A DNA stretch of 64,000 nucleotides from a phage. Positions 48,616-58,350 of the stretch are shown here, one piece after another (the first letter of the stretch is position 1; each line of letters opens with the position of its first letter). Both the position numbers and the translations under genes were made by a program. The notes below the pieces were generated by a model. That model saw nothing but the letters and a program-made list of their open reading frames with translations. It was not told the DNA's origin and did not search any database. The DNA is taken from assembly GCA_019326865.1 (NCBI GenBank), contig GCA_019326865.1_4101.1; one strand, written 5' to 3'.

Positions 48616-50886
48616 TTATCTAATTGTTACCAATGTTCTTCCGTCGAAACGTACATCAGGAGTTGAAGGTATACTGAACACTACGTTAGTGCCGTTAAAC
48701 GTCACGCTATCGACCTCAACACGAGTATAGACCCCAGGACTAACCTGTTCCTGTATCTCTGCTGTGACGATGTTTGAGGCTGTTACAGTAAGGGTGTAGT
48801 AATTACCACTTAATACCCAAGATGAAATGGTAAATGCATCGGTTCTTACTGAACCTGAACCAATTGGAACCCATTGACCTTGAACTTTTTGCATTGAAGT
48901 ACGCTCGGTATTGGAGTATGCAATCATACCATCAACACCGACAGAGTTATCAATAGTAGCTAGTACTGGTAATTGAATACCATATCTATTGAAACGTGTT
49001 CTAATAGTTCCATTATCATAGATACTTACATCAGCATAATCACCCATTGAAAGTTTCAAATCTGAATCAACTAATTGCATTGTACTTTGATTAGTAGGGC
49101 TTTCTAACGTAATTATTCCATTTGCCAATAAGCTTAAGTTTTTAAATTTATTCGAAACACCATTAAATGTCGTATTAGCATTGAAAGTACTCGTGCCATT
49201 AACTACTATTGTGTTTTCTGCGGCTGCACCTAATATAGTATTACTTTGAACAATCAAATTACCACTTGTAGTAATATTAGTAGCTGTAGTATCACCATTT
49301 AATTTTGTATTAGCATTGAAAGTACTAGTACTATTAACTACTAATGTGTTTGTAGCGTTGTCACCTAATATAGTATCACTTTGAACATTCAAATTACCAC
49401 TTGCAGTAATATTAGTTGCTGTAGTATCACCATTTAATCTACTTGTACCATCAACTACAATATTACTATTAAATTTTGTATTAGCTTTAAAAGTACTAGT
49501 ACTATTAACTACTAACGTGTTTGCTGCGGTGTCACCTAATATTGTATTGCTTTGAACATTCAAATTACCACTTGCAGTAATGTTACTAGCTGAAGTATCA
49601 CCAATTAATCTACTTGTACCATCAACTACGATATTACCATGAAAATCGCTTTCACCGTTTTTAAATTCAACTTGTACTGAATACATAGAACTAAATGAAA
49701 TTATATTACTACTTGCACTTATACCAACATTAGTATTAGTTGGATTATCGAAGTGTAATATTGGAGTTAATGCTGGTGTTGTTGTTGTTTGATAGAGTGT
49801 TAGTGATGAGTTGTTAATTCTCACACGTTCATTTCCAGCAGTACTAAATCCAATAGCATCATCAGCAGGATGAAAAATACCAGTATTAGTATCAGACCAT
49901 TTATCAGGATCATTTCCAGGATTACTTGTTGGGTCGAATGGCTTATTATTAAATGCAATCGCTGGGGCAGAAGCACTCCCATATATAACACCAAAACGCC
50001 CAGACCCTATTGTACCGTCATCGTACATTGAATCGCCTGTTCTACGTAAACATTCAATTACAACATTATCTATGGAAGTTTGAACTGTACCAGCATTAGT
50101 TCTGAATTGGCGATTATTTGCAATCATAATAGTGTTATCATATAACACAGAAGCTGCTGAAATACTTGTTCTAGATTGGCGAAGGCGTATGTTTTTATCT
50201 TCAGTAATAATAATCCAGTCACCATCAGATAGTGCTGTTTGATTCATTGGTACACCGGAAGCAAACGGCTTAGTTAAATCATCATCAGTTACCAAATTAA
50301 CAAGTCCACTATGTCCCTCACTAGGGATAGAAGTTGAAATAATTCTCGCAAAAGCGTATGTTACTAGCTTTTCACCCGATATATTTGGGTTAGAATCAAC
50401 ATAATATAAAATTTCAACCCAATTCCCTTGCCCAGTTGGGTTGGTTGGAGTAAATGTAACAGGGCTTGTTTTTGGTTTATTCGCTTCAAAATGTGCTTGG
50501 GCGGCATCCATAATACCACGCACAACATAATAATCACCACTAAGTGATGATGATGGTGCAGGTAGTGGGCTTTGGGCTAACGGTGGGTCAATATCATCTG
50601 GAATTGGATTATATGTACCAACAAACTGTAAACCGCTAGTTACTGAGTCTGGTAATTGAGATGTGAGAAGTTTACCATTTGCATCTAAGTTAGCGAAACG
50701 CCTATATGCCATTGAACCATCTTCAAAATCCAGAACGCCCTCAAACGATTTCCATTCTTTATTGTATCTAATCATCCCTGATCTTATTACATCAGCGGTT
50801 TCTTTTGATGGTGCTTTTGGTAATTCTAAAAAAGATTTACTATCAATAATTACACCACCATCACCTCTAATTCGATTTATACTCAT
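48616..50886 (-). CDS. tail fibre protein with internal tandem repeats
   Basis: 756 aa; repeated NANTKFNSNIVVDGTSRLNGDTTATNITASGNLNVQS-type units. Confidence 0.65.
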   Translation of the reverse strand: MSINRIRGDGGVIIDSKSFLELPKAPSKETADVIRSGMIRYNKEWKSFEGVLDFEDGSMAYRRFANLDANGKLLTSQLPDSVTSGLQFVGTYNPIPDDIDPPLAQSPLPAPSSSLSGDYYVVRGIMDAAQAHFEANKPKTSPVTFTPTNPTGQGNWVEILYYVDSNPNISGEKLVTYAFARIISTSIPSEGHSGLVNLVTDDDLTKPFASGVPMNQTALSDGDWIIITEDKNIRLRQSRTSISAASVLYDNTIMIANNRQFRTNAGTVQTSIDNVVIECLRRTGDSMYDDGTIGSGRFGVIYGSASAPAIAFNNKPFDPTSNPGNDPDKWSDTNTGIFHPADDAIGFSTAGNERVRINNSSLTLYQTTTTPALTPILHFDNPTNTNVGISASSNIISFSSMYSVQVEFKNGESDFHGNIVVDGTSRLIGDTSASNITASGNLNVQSNTILGDTAANTLVVNSTSTFKANTKFNSNIVVDGTSRLNGDTTATNITASGNLNVQSDTILGDNATNTLVVNSTSTFNANTKLNGDTTATNITTSGNLIVQSNTILGAAAENTIVVNGTSTFNANTTFNGVSNKFKNLSLLANGIITLESPTNQSTMQLVDSDLKLSMGDYADVSIYDNGTIRTRFNRYGIQLPVLATIDNSVGVDGMIAYSNTERTSMQKVQGQWVPIGSGSVRTDAFTISSWVLSGNYYTLTVTASNIVTAEIQEQVSPGVYTRVEVDSVTFNGTNVVFSIPSTPDVRFDGRTLVTIR

Positions 50887-50929
50887 TTAAATATTTCCTC
50901 AGAATAGATTATATATGATGTATTTATTT

Positions 50930-50965
50930 TAGATAAAAGAAAAGGCCAAGTATAAACTTGACCTT
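50930..50965 (-). terminator. intrinsic terminator (minus strand)
   Basis: imperfect 10-bp inverted repeat AAGGCCAAGT/ACTTGACCTT with A-run on + strand (U-run on minus transcript). Confidence 0.5.
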
Positions 50966-50970
50966 GAAAA

Positions 50971-51750
50971 TTATTTAGTACGTTCAGGTATATCAATATC
51001 TTCATATACCCAACTCGCAGCTTGTTGTGCTTTATAAATTGCGTTAGGGTCAGAATCATCAACTGCATCAATTGCTTCACATTGTTTATCACAATCAGAA
51101 AATAGTTTTTCAACCATTGCAAGTGATTCAGTATATAGTTGTGTCATTTCTTCCGCTGTTAGTTTTACTATAGCATCATCAAGAATAATAGTAACATTTT
51201 CAGCACCAGATACAACTTGTGTATAATAATTAAGAAGCATTTGGCGACCCGCAAGATCTGTATTATAACGATGTTCTTTGAATACATAACCAGCATTAAT
51301 TCGATTAGTACGTTCTGATAAAGTTCGTTCTTTCAAATCTTTTTTCACATCGGAAATTGGTACATCGACATAATTGTATGTTTTAAGTACAGTCAATGCT
51401 TTGTATTCACCAGTTGCATCTTCTAAAAATTCAACGACTGGTTGTTTTTCATCTTTTAATCTAATATATTCCAATGGTTGACCATTCTTGTTTATATTGC
51501 CTACATTTTTATACTCTAACCACCAAAAACCTTCTTCTTTTCTCACCTCATCATTTGGTTCCACTGGAGAACCATCATAACTGGAAATACCATACAAAGT
51601 TCTAATATCGCTATAAAGATAACGATAGGTCTGTGAATCATCTGGAATTGCACCAGGGCGTTCTTTAAGACCTTTAACACCGATTGGGTTTGAGATGATA
51701 CTACCCAATTCATAGTTTTCCTTTGAATTACCTTTCACATATGTGAACAT
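50971..51750 (-). CDS. hypothetical protein (tail fibre-associated?)
   Basis: 259 aa ORF between two fibre genes; GAGGTAG RBS. Confidence 0.6.
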   Translation of the reverse strand: MFTYVKGNSKENYELGSIISNPIGVKGLKERPGAIPDDSQTYRYLYSDIRTLYGISSYDGSPVEPNDEVRKEEGFWWLEYKNVGNINKNGQPLEYIRLKDEKQPVVEFLEDATGEYKALTVLKTYNYVDVPISDVKKDLKERTLSERTNRINAGYVFKEHRYNTDLAGRQMLLNYYTQVVSGAENVTIILDDAIVKLTAEEMTQLYTESLAMVEKLFSDCDKQCEAIDAVDDSDPNAIYKAQQAASWVYEDIDIPERTK

Positions 51751-51815
51751 ATAACTACCTCACTTGTTACGATGGTGTCACCCAAGTAAGGTGACACCTT
51801 TTATTTTAATTATTA

Positions 51816-54800
51816 TTAAGCAGTACGTTGAGCAATAAACATATCTGCTACTGAACTTACACCATCATAAATTACCTGATAGATAGTTACAGAGTTTGCA
51901 GTTTTGTTAAGTGTTCCATCAACTACAGCATATGTACCATCGGTAGTAAAGTTTCTATTACCAGTTGCATCTTGTTTAACATAAATGTATACTGACGATG
52001 CTTTACCACCACCAATTAGACCAGTAATAGGTGCTAGTGTTGTATCTTGATCAAGTGTGATAAAGTATACGTTGCTAGTCCCGTCAGGTGTCCAAGTACC
52101 AGATGGTGCAATAACAGAAGAAGTTACTTGATTTGGGATAACATCATATTTTTTGGTAGTTACTTTTGTCGTAGTGAAGTCTGCGTTGGTTGTAGATAAA
52201 TGTCCTGTTACAGTTACACCTTTGTCAAATACCGCATTTTCTTTGAAAGAAGATGTTGCATTAACAGTTAATGTATCAGAATCAGCATCACCTAACACAA
52301 CACTGCCATTTGCTGTCATTAAACCAGTAACAGTTAGCGTACCACCGATTGTTGCTTCACCAATTACAGATGCACTAGCAAGTGTAGCTGCACTAGATGT
52401 TGTAATAGTGGTAACAGTAGCGTCTTCAAGTGTGATGTTTGATGCTGTTAATTTACCATCAACCGTTAGGCTACCAGTAACATTTGCACCCGCTGACATG
52501 GTTACTGCTCCACCAAATGAACCTGTGGTAGTAACTTCAAGTGTATTACCTTTAAGTAATTTAGTTGCAGTTATATTTTCACCAGCAGTAATACTAGTAC
52601 CAGCAGCAACACCATTGGTTGCAGTTAGGGATTTAACGGATACATCAGAGTTTGATTGGTTAAGTGTAGCGTTTAGAGTGCCTGTTACAGTGAAGTCACC
52701 GTTGTTAACTACGTTACCGTTGATTGTTAAGTTATTATTTTTAGAACCAACATCACCGATGGTTGCAGATTTAGAAATCAATTCTGCACCAGATGTAATG
52801 TTACCTGCGGCACTAATGGTGTTAGCTGCATTAACTGCATAAGGTTCAATAGTTTGTCCACTAACATCGATATCAGCATTAATACCACCATCTACACGCA
52901 AAGAACCAGCAATGTAAGTGTTAGGGAAAATTTGAACAGTTTCTGTGTGTTCACCAACCTGTGTACCAATAATAACATTTGATCCAGTTTTTACTAAACC
53001 TTCAGATGTTATTGCACCCACAGTTGTTGTACCAGTAACGTCTAGTCTGCCACCAACTGTAGCGTTATTAGTTACTTTTAACGCAACATCTTCACCATTG
53101 ATAGTCATTGATGGTACAGATGCGTTTCCAGTAACATCTAGTGTTCCACCAATAGTTGCATTACCATCAGAATGTAAAGTTTTTGTAACAGAAAGACTGT
53201 TTGCAATTACATCCGCACCAGTCAAATCCAATGCACCTGGTGTTAATGTACCAGTAATGTTAACATTATTATCAAAGGTTGCTGCACCAGTAACATCTAG
53301 GGTAGAGCTAAATGTACCAGAAGTTGCAGAGATTGCACCAGATTCAAGTGAACCAACAGTGGTTTTTCCAGTTACACCTAGTGTACCGCCAACTGTTCCA
53401 TTTGTTGTAACTTCTAGTGTTCCAGTACTTAGATCTTTTGCTGTCACTTTGCCAGATGCGTTAATGGTTGTTGTTGTAACACCACCACTTAGAGTGCTTG
53501 CCCCAGTAACACTGAGTGTTTTTGCTGCACTAACGCTGTTTACAGTAAGATCAGCACCTGATAGGTCTAATCCACCTTCAGGAATAAAATTACCCTTAAC
53601 TGTTAGCTGTTGAACAGTACTGTCACCAGTGACATCTAGTGTAGAAGCAGTTAGACCACCATTCAGACTTGTTTCCCCAGTAACATCTAGTGTAGTTGTT
53701 ACAGTTGCACTGTTAAGAGTGGAGATACCGGAAATATTAGCACTTTGTGCAGTGATTGAGCCTTTATCAACTTGTACATCACCAGAAACAACTTTAATAC
53801 CACCAGCACTAACTGTTAGTTTTTCAGCAGTGTTCAAAGTACTTGAAATTGTTGTTGCACCAGTTAAGGTTGTAGTTCCAGCTACACTCATGTTTCCAGA
53901 GATAGATGGATTGCCTGTAATGTCACCAGTAGTGAGAACCAATTCAGTACCTACAGTAGTAGAACCAGTACTTTCTAATGTTACACCGACAATATTTGCA
54001 GATTTAAGGTCAATGGAGCCATCAACAGTCAAGTTGCCATGTACTGTTGCATCACCGAGTGAATTTAATGATTTCACAGAAACATCAGTTTTACTAAGGT
54101 CAATTACACCAGCAGTAAGTGTTCCAGATACTGCCAAATCACCAGTAATTGCTGTATTTTTCGTAATAGATACAGTTTCTGTTCCTGACGTAATTGAGCC
54201 AACAGTAAGTACACCACCAATGGTTGCATTGTTAGTTACAGTTAACGCTGTTTCTTCACCAGATAGTGTTAAAGAAATACCATTCATTTCACCAGTAATA
54301 TTTGCAGATGCCGCAGATATATCGCCAGCAACTACCGCATTTGTTGCGTTTAGAGTTGTTGTAGCAATTTCAGTACTTTTCACTTTAGGAAGTGCGTTGA
54401 TACCATCTTTACTATTAACTGTAATAATACCAGAACTTGTTAGAGATTTAACAGAAACATCTGCACCACTTAAGTTTACTGTTCCAGAAACAACTAGATC
54501 GCCACCAATATTAGCACCTTCTGTTGTAGTGATTGATTTTGCATTAACTTCAGTTTGGCTCAAATCAATTGTACCAGGTGATACAGTTCCAGAAACAGTA
54601 AGATTACCAGTAATGGTGGTATCATTAGAAATAGATACACCATCATCATTGCTAATTGTTGGGGTTTCAATAGTAACAGCTTTAACTTTACCTGAAGAAG
54701 TCATATCAGCAACAGTTGATGTACCAGTAACCTTTAGATTAGTAATATTTGCAGTAGTTGAACCAAGTGTAGTAATCGTACCATCAGTACTTTCTAGTTT

Positions 54801-57317
54801 AGGAAGAACACTGGCAATAGAAGATTCATTACTAACAATTGCACCAGTACTGGTTAGCGATTTTGCAGTTACATCAGCATTAGTAAGATCAACAGTTCCA
54901 TTAACGGTTAGATCTCCCCCGACTGTTGCACCAGCAGTAGTAGTAATTGAATTAGCATTAACATCTGCTTTAGTTAGATCGATTGAACCTGGAGTGATAG
55001 AGCCACTTACTGTTAGATCGCCAGTTACTTTTGTATTATTAGCAATTGTAATTCCATTTTCATTGGAAATATTAGGAGTCACCAATGAAGGTGTAGTAGT
55101 TTCGCCAGATACAGTTAATGTTGTACCAACTAATACACTTGAGCTTGTGTAAACACTTGATAGATTAGATGGTCCAGTTACGTGAAGTTCATCTGCATTA
55201 GCAGTTGTTACAGTTGCAGTTGTACTTTTAAGTACTGGTAGTACGTTTTCGGACACACTATCATTACTTTTAATAACACCAGAAGTAGTAAGTGATTTAA
55301 CATTAAGTTCGGCTTCTGATAAATCAAAAGAACCTTTAACTACTAGGTCACCACCAACTGTTGCACCAGCAGTAGTAGTAATTGAATTAGCATTAAGGTC
55401 GGCAGCACTTAAATCTAGTGAACCAACAGTTAAGCTACCAGTGATATCAACATTTTCTGTAAAGTTTGTATTACCACTAATAGTTGGGGCAGTTAAACTC
55501 GTTGCAGTGATATTAGTACCTTTGATTGTTTCACCACTTAATGTACCACTAGCAGTGATAGTTGGTGCGGTAACTTCGGTAGATGCACTAATTGTTGGTG
55601 CGGAAACCGAAGTTGTACCAGTAATAACACCAGAACTTACTGAACCAGCGGATAATGCACCAGAAAGAGTTGCAGTTGTTCCAGTAATATCACCAGTAAC
55701 AGTTAGTGCTCCACCAACAGTAGTATCACCTGTACTTTCCAAAGTTGCACCTTTGACATGTTCGGCTGCCACAACTGATTTTGGTGTTAAATCTTGTCCA
55801 CTAACGTCAACGGTTAAACCAGTTACTTTACCAGTGAAATCAACATCATTAAGAATTGCCTTACCACCAACTTGTAGGAATGGTGTACTTGGGTCTTGTG
55901 TTTCGTTACCTGTAATTGTTAGATAATCTAATTTGTTTAGACCATTACCAGTAATACCATATGTTGATAGTGATGCATTGCCAAATGTTGCAGTTTTAAG
56001 AACTTTCAATGTAGCTGGAGAAACCAACTCAGATTGAACTTCATTCGGTAAAATAACAGTTGGTCGTTGTTCTGGTGTAGTATATGCAAAACCGAGTTTA
56101 ACCGCTGGGTCTTGACTATTTTTACCTAAACTGATAGATTTGAAAGTTGCAGTACCGTTTAAACCAGTAATATTAGAACCTAGTGTAACACCACCCACCA
56201 ATGAAGTAGTTCCTGATACATTCAATGTGGTTGCATTAATATCATCCAACTGGAATTCGCCACCAAGAAGACCAGAAACATTAATGTTATTAAAATTAGC
56301 TGTGCCAGTACTTTCAATATTTGGGATAGTTGCAGTACCAGTAACTTCAAAATCAGCAACTTTAGTTTTACCTTTTTTTACTTCTAGAAGTGGTGTGTCT
56401 GGTGATTGAGTATCGTTACCAGAAACAGTTAGATAATCTAATTTGTTTAGACCATTACCAGTAATGCCATAGGTTGGCAATGATGCATTACCAAATGTTG
56501 CAGATGTCAAAACAGTCAATTTTGCTGGTGACATTAGTTCAGATTGAATTTCGTTTTGTAGAATTACAGTAGGACGCTTATCAGGAGCACTATAAGGGAA
56601 ACTTAGTCTAAAGGTTTGTGATTCAGAGTTAGATCCAATACGTATGTCTTTAAATGTAGCAGTGCTATTAATACCAGTTACATTAGCACCAAAAGTTACA
56701 GAACCTTTTTGGTTAGATGCACCAGTAACGTTCAATGTTTCAGCATTCAAATCAGAAAGATTAAACTCACCGCCCAGTGTACCATTAATGTTTACATCGT
56801 TGAATTCAGCAGTACCAGTACTAGTAATATCAGTTGCAGACACAGTTGTGATTTCTGCGGAATTAGCAGTAATTTTATCAAAAGCAGCAGTTGTGCCAAC
56901 ATCAGCAGTTAAGTTACCTTTAAGTGTTGTTACTCCATCAACTTCTAAGCTTTTTACTTTAGTTTCTTGTAGTGCTGTTGAACCCGCAGTTTGTGTCAAA
57001 TTACCACCAACTGACATAGTACCGTTGAATGTAGCATTTGCATTGATTGTTGCTGTATCAGAATCACCATCTGCACTACCGATAGTAGTGTTACCTTTAA
57101 CATCAAGACCACCACTTAATGTTGCTTTTCCAGCAACATCTAATGTGGATGTAATATTGGCAGTTTCGGTTTCAATGGCAGTAAAAGTTGCATTTGTGAA
57201 AGATATACTCCCATTTACAGTTAGGTTATTCTTGAATACAGCATTCCCTTTGACTAAAAGATCCTTACCAACCGTACCAGTACCAGTAATATCCAAGTCA
57301 GTTTTTATTGAGTACAT
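51816..57317 (-). CDS. giant tail fibre/adhesin-like protein (1833 aa)
   Basis: T/G/S/N-rich with pervasive short repeats; in fibre cluster. Confidence 0.7.
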   Translation of the reverse strand: MYSIKTDLDITGTGTVGKDLLVKGNAVFKNNLTVNGSISFTNATFTAIETETANITSTLDVAGKATLSGGLDVKGNTTIGSADGDSDTATINANATFNGTMSVGGNLTQTAGSTALQETKVKSLEVDGVTTLKGNLTADVGTTAAFDKITANSAEITTVSATDITSTGTAEFNDVNINGTLGGEFNLSDLNAETLNVTGASNQKGSVTFGANVTGINSTATFKDIRIGSNSESQTFRLSFPYSAPDKRPTVILQNEIQSELMSPAKLTVLTSATFGNASLPTYGITGNGLNKLDYLTVSGNDTQSPDTPLLEVKKGKTKVADFEVTGTATIPNIESTGTANFNNINVSGLLGGEFQLDDINATTLNVSGTTSLVGGVTLGSNITGLNGTATFKSISLGKNSQDPAVKLGFAYTTPEQRPTVILPNEVQSELVSPATLKVLKTATFGNASLSTYGITGNGLNKLDYLTITGNETQDPSTPFLQVGGKAILNDVDFTGKVTGLTVDVSGQDLTPKSVVAAEHVKGATLESTGDTTVGGALTVTGDITGTTATLSGALSAGSVSSGVITGTTSVSAPTISASTEVTAPTITASGTLSGETIKGTNITATSLTAPTISGNTNFTENVDITGSLTVGSLDLSAADLNANSITTTAGATVGGDLVVKGSFDLSEAELNVKSLTTSGVIKSNDSVSENVLPVLKSTTATVTTANADELHVTGPSNLSSVYTSSSVLVGTTLTVSGETTTPSLVTPNISNENGITIANNTKVTGDLTVSGSITPGSIDLTKADVNANSITTTAGATVGGDLTVNGTVDLTNADVTAKSLTSTGAIVSNESSIASVLPKLESTDGTITTLGSTTANITNLKVTGTSTVADMTSSGKVKAVTIETPTISNDDGVSISNDTTITGNLTVSGTVSPGTIDLSQTEVNAKSITTTEGANIGGDLVVSGTVNLSGADVSVKSLTSSGIITVNSKDGINALPKVKSTEIATTTLNATNAVVAGDISAASANITGEMNGISLTLSGEETALTVTNNATIGGVLTVGSITSGTETVSITKNTAITGDLAVSGTLTAGVIDLSKTDVSVKSLNSLGDATVHGNLTVDGSIDLKSANIVGVTLESTGSTTVGTELVLTTGDITGNPSISGNMSVAGTTTLTGATTISSTLNTAEKLTVSAGGIKVVSGDVQVDKGSITAQSANISGISTLNSATVTTTLDVTGETSLNGGLTASTLDVTGDSTVQQLTVKGNFIPEGGLDLSGADLTVNSVSAAKTLSVTGASTLSGGVTTTTINASGKVTAKDLSTGTLEVTTNGTVGGTLGVTGKTTVGSLESGAISATSGTFSSTLDVTGAATFDNNVNITGTLTPGALDLTGADVIANSLSVTKTLHSDGNATIGGTLDVTGNASVPSMTINGEDVALKVTNNATVGGRLDVTGTTTVGAITSEGLVKTGSNVIIGTQVGEHTETVQIFPNTYIAGSLRVDGGINADIDVSGQTIEPYAVNAANTISAAGNITSGAELISKSATIGDVGSKNNNLTINGNVVNNGDFTVTGTLNATLNQSNSDVSVKSLTATNGVAAGTSITAGENITATKLLKGNTLEVTTTGSFGGAVTMSAGANVTGSLTVDGKLTASNITLEDATVTTITTSSAATLASASVIGEATIGGTLTVTGLMTANGSVVLGDADSDTLTVNATSSFKENAVFDKGVTVTGHLSTTNADFTTTKVTTKKYDVIPNQVTSSVIAPSGTWTPDGTSNVYFITLDQDTTLAPITGLIGGGKASSVYIYVKQDATGNRNFTTDGTYAVVDGTLNKTANSVTIYQVIYDGVSSVADMFIAQRTA

Positions 57318-57394
57318 TTATACCCTCCATTATAACCTTGTTAATATGTATATATTTAGTTTTATTCGTTTGTTAACTAATAATTTGTCAAAAT

Positions 57395-57436
57395 AAAAAA
57401 CTGGGCTTATTTAGAATAAGCCCAGTTTCATTTTTC
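57395..57436. terminator. bidirectional intrinsic terminator
   Basis: 11-bp stem CTGGGCTTATT/AATAAGCCCAG flanked by A-run and T-run. Confidence 0.75.
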
Positions 57437-58334
57437 ACTTACCAGAGATAACAATCTTCCCGCTGAATGTAACATCAGAAGTAAAGATCACATCACCAGC
57501 ATTGCTAATTTGTGTACCTGTTATCACCAATTCAAATGGTGATGACGAAACACTACCAGGTATCTTATTTGCATAAATCGAAACATACAAATTTTCTGGT
57601 GATTGTTTATGTTCAGATGCTGGAATTGTGATGGTGAACTCATCTTTATTAGAAATCCAATCAGCTTGGTTTACCAATTTACTATAAGGTGCTGTCATTG
57701 TTGTTGCTCCTATAATGTTTACTATAACATTTTCATAATCCGTAATTTTTCCAATTACATCGATTGTAATATCACCAGTACCGCTTACTACTACAGAGGT
57801 TTGAAATACGGAATCCAATGTTATACTACCAGGAGGATCACCCTGTAGTTGTACCATGATATCAGGCCCACGCCCATGTACAGATGCTGGAAGGGTGTAT
57901 GTGTAATGGTCGGTAGTATCTGAAACTAATGTAAATGAAGATACTGGTATAGTTTCAGTTGTTACATATGGACTATCAGTTTCATGTGAACTACCTTTGA
58001 ATGATTTCCAAATACCAAGATCTTTAATATAAATTTGAAGAACATTAGTTTCATCAACTAAAAAATACACATCACCATCTAACCCAATAGTTTCATCCGG
58101 TGCACTGGTTCCACGCAAAATACCAGAACTCCCACCACCACTATATGCGTTTAGATATCCTAACGTAACCAGGTGTGTGTTAGCGGTCGGTTCACCTGCT
58201 GAAATTGGAAGAAGTTTTGTTCCTGAGTAGTTTTGTATTTGCACAACACTACCATTTGTGGTAATCTGTGCACCATTCTTCCCAAGAATGAAGGACTTCT
58301 TCATGGTTCCTTCTAAATTAGAAAAAACTGCCAT
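57435..58334 (-). CDS. tailspike/tail fibre protein sharing N-terminal module with ORF 58351-60492
   Basis: N-terminus MAVFSNLEGTMKKSFILGKNGAQ resembles MAVFSNFEGTMKPKMILGKNGAS. Confidence 0.6.
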   Translation of the reverse strand: MAVFSNLEGTMKKSFILGKNGAQITTNGSVVQIQNYSGTKLLPISAGEPTANTHLVTLGYLNAYSGGGSSGILRGTSAPDETIGLDGDVYFLVDETNVLQIYIKDLGIWKSFKGSSHETDSPYVTTETIPVSSFTLVSDTTDHYTYTLPASVHGRGPDIMVQLQGDPPGSITLDSVFQTSVVVSGTGDITIDVIGKITDYENVIVNIIGATTMTAPYSKLVNQADWISNKDEFTITIPASEHKQSPENLYVSIYANKIPGSVSSSPFELVITGTQISNAGDVIFTSDVTFSGKIVISGK

Positions 58335-58350
58335 TTTAATTTAATCTCCT

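Noticed and set aside
48616-57317. CRISPR-like repeat arrays
   Set aside because: The periodic repeats seen are in-frame coding repeats of fibre proteins, not short direct repeats separated by unique spacers
52153-57396. Chain of + strand ORFs (52153-52842, 52945-53613, 53629-55152, 55441-55926, 56140-56409, 56644-57396) rich in V/T/P/A
   Set aside because: They are antisense to the 1833-aa fibre gene and reflect its repetitive low-complexity coding sequence; no independent start signals
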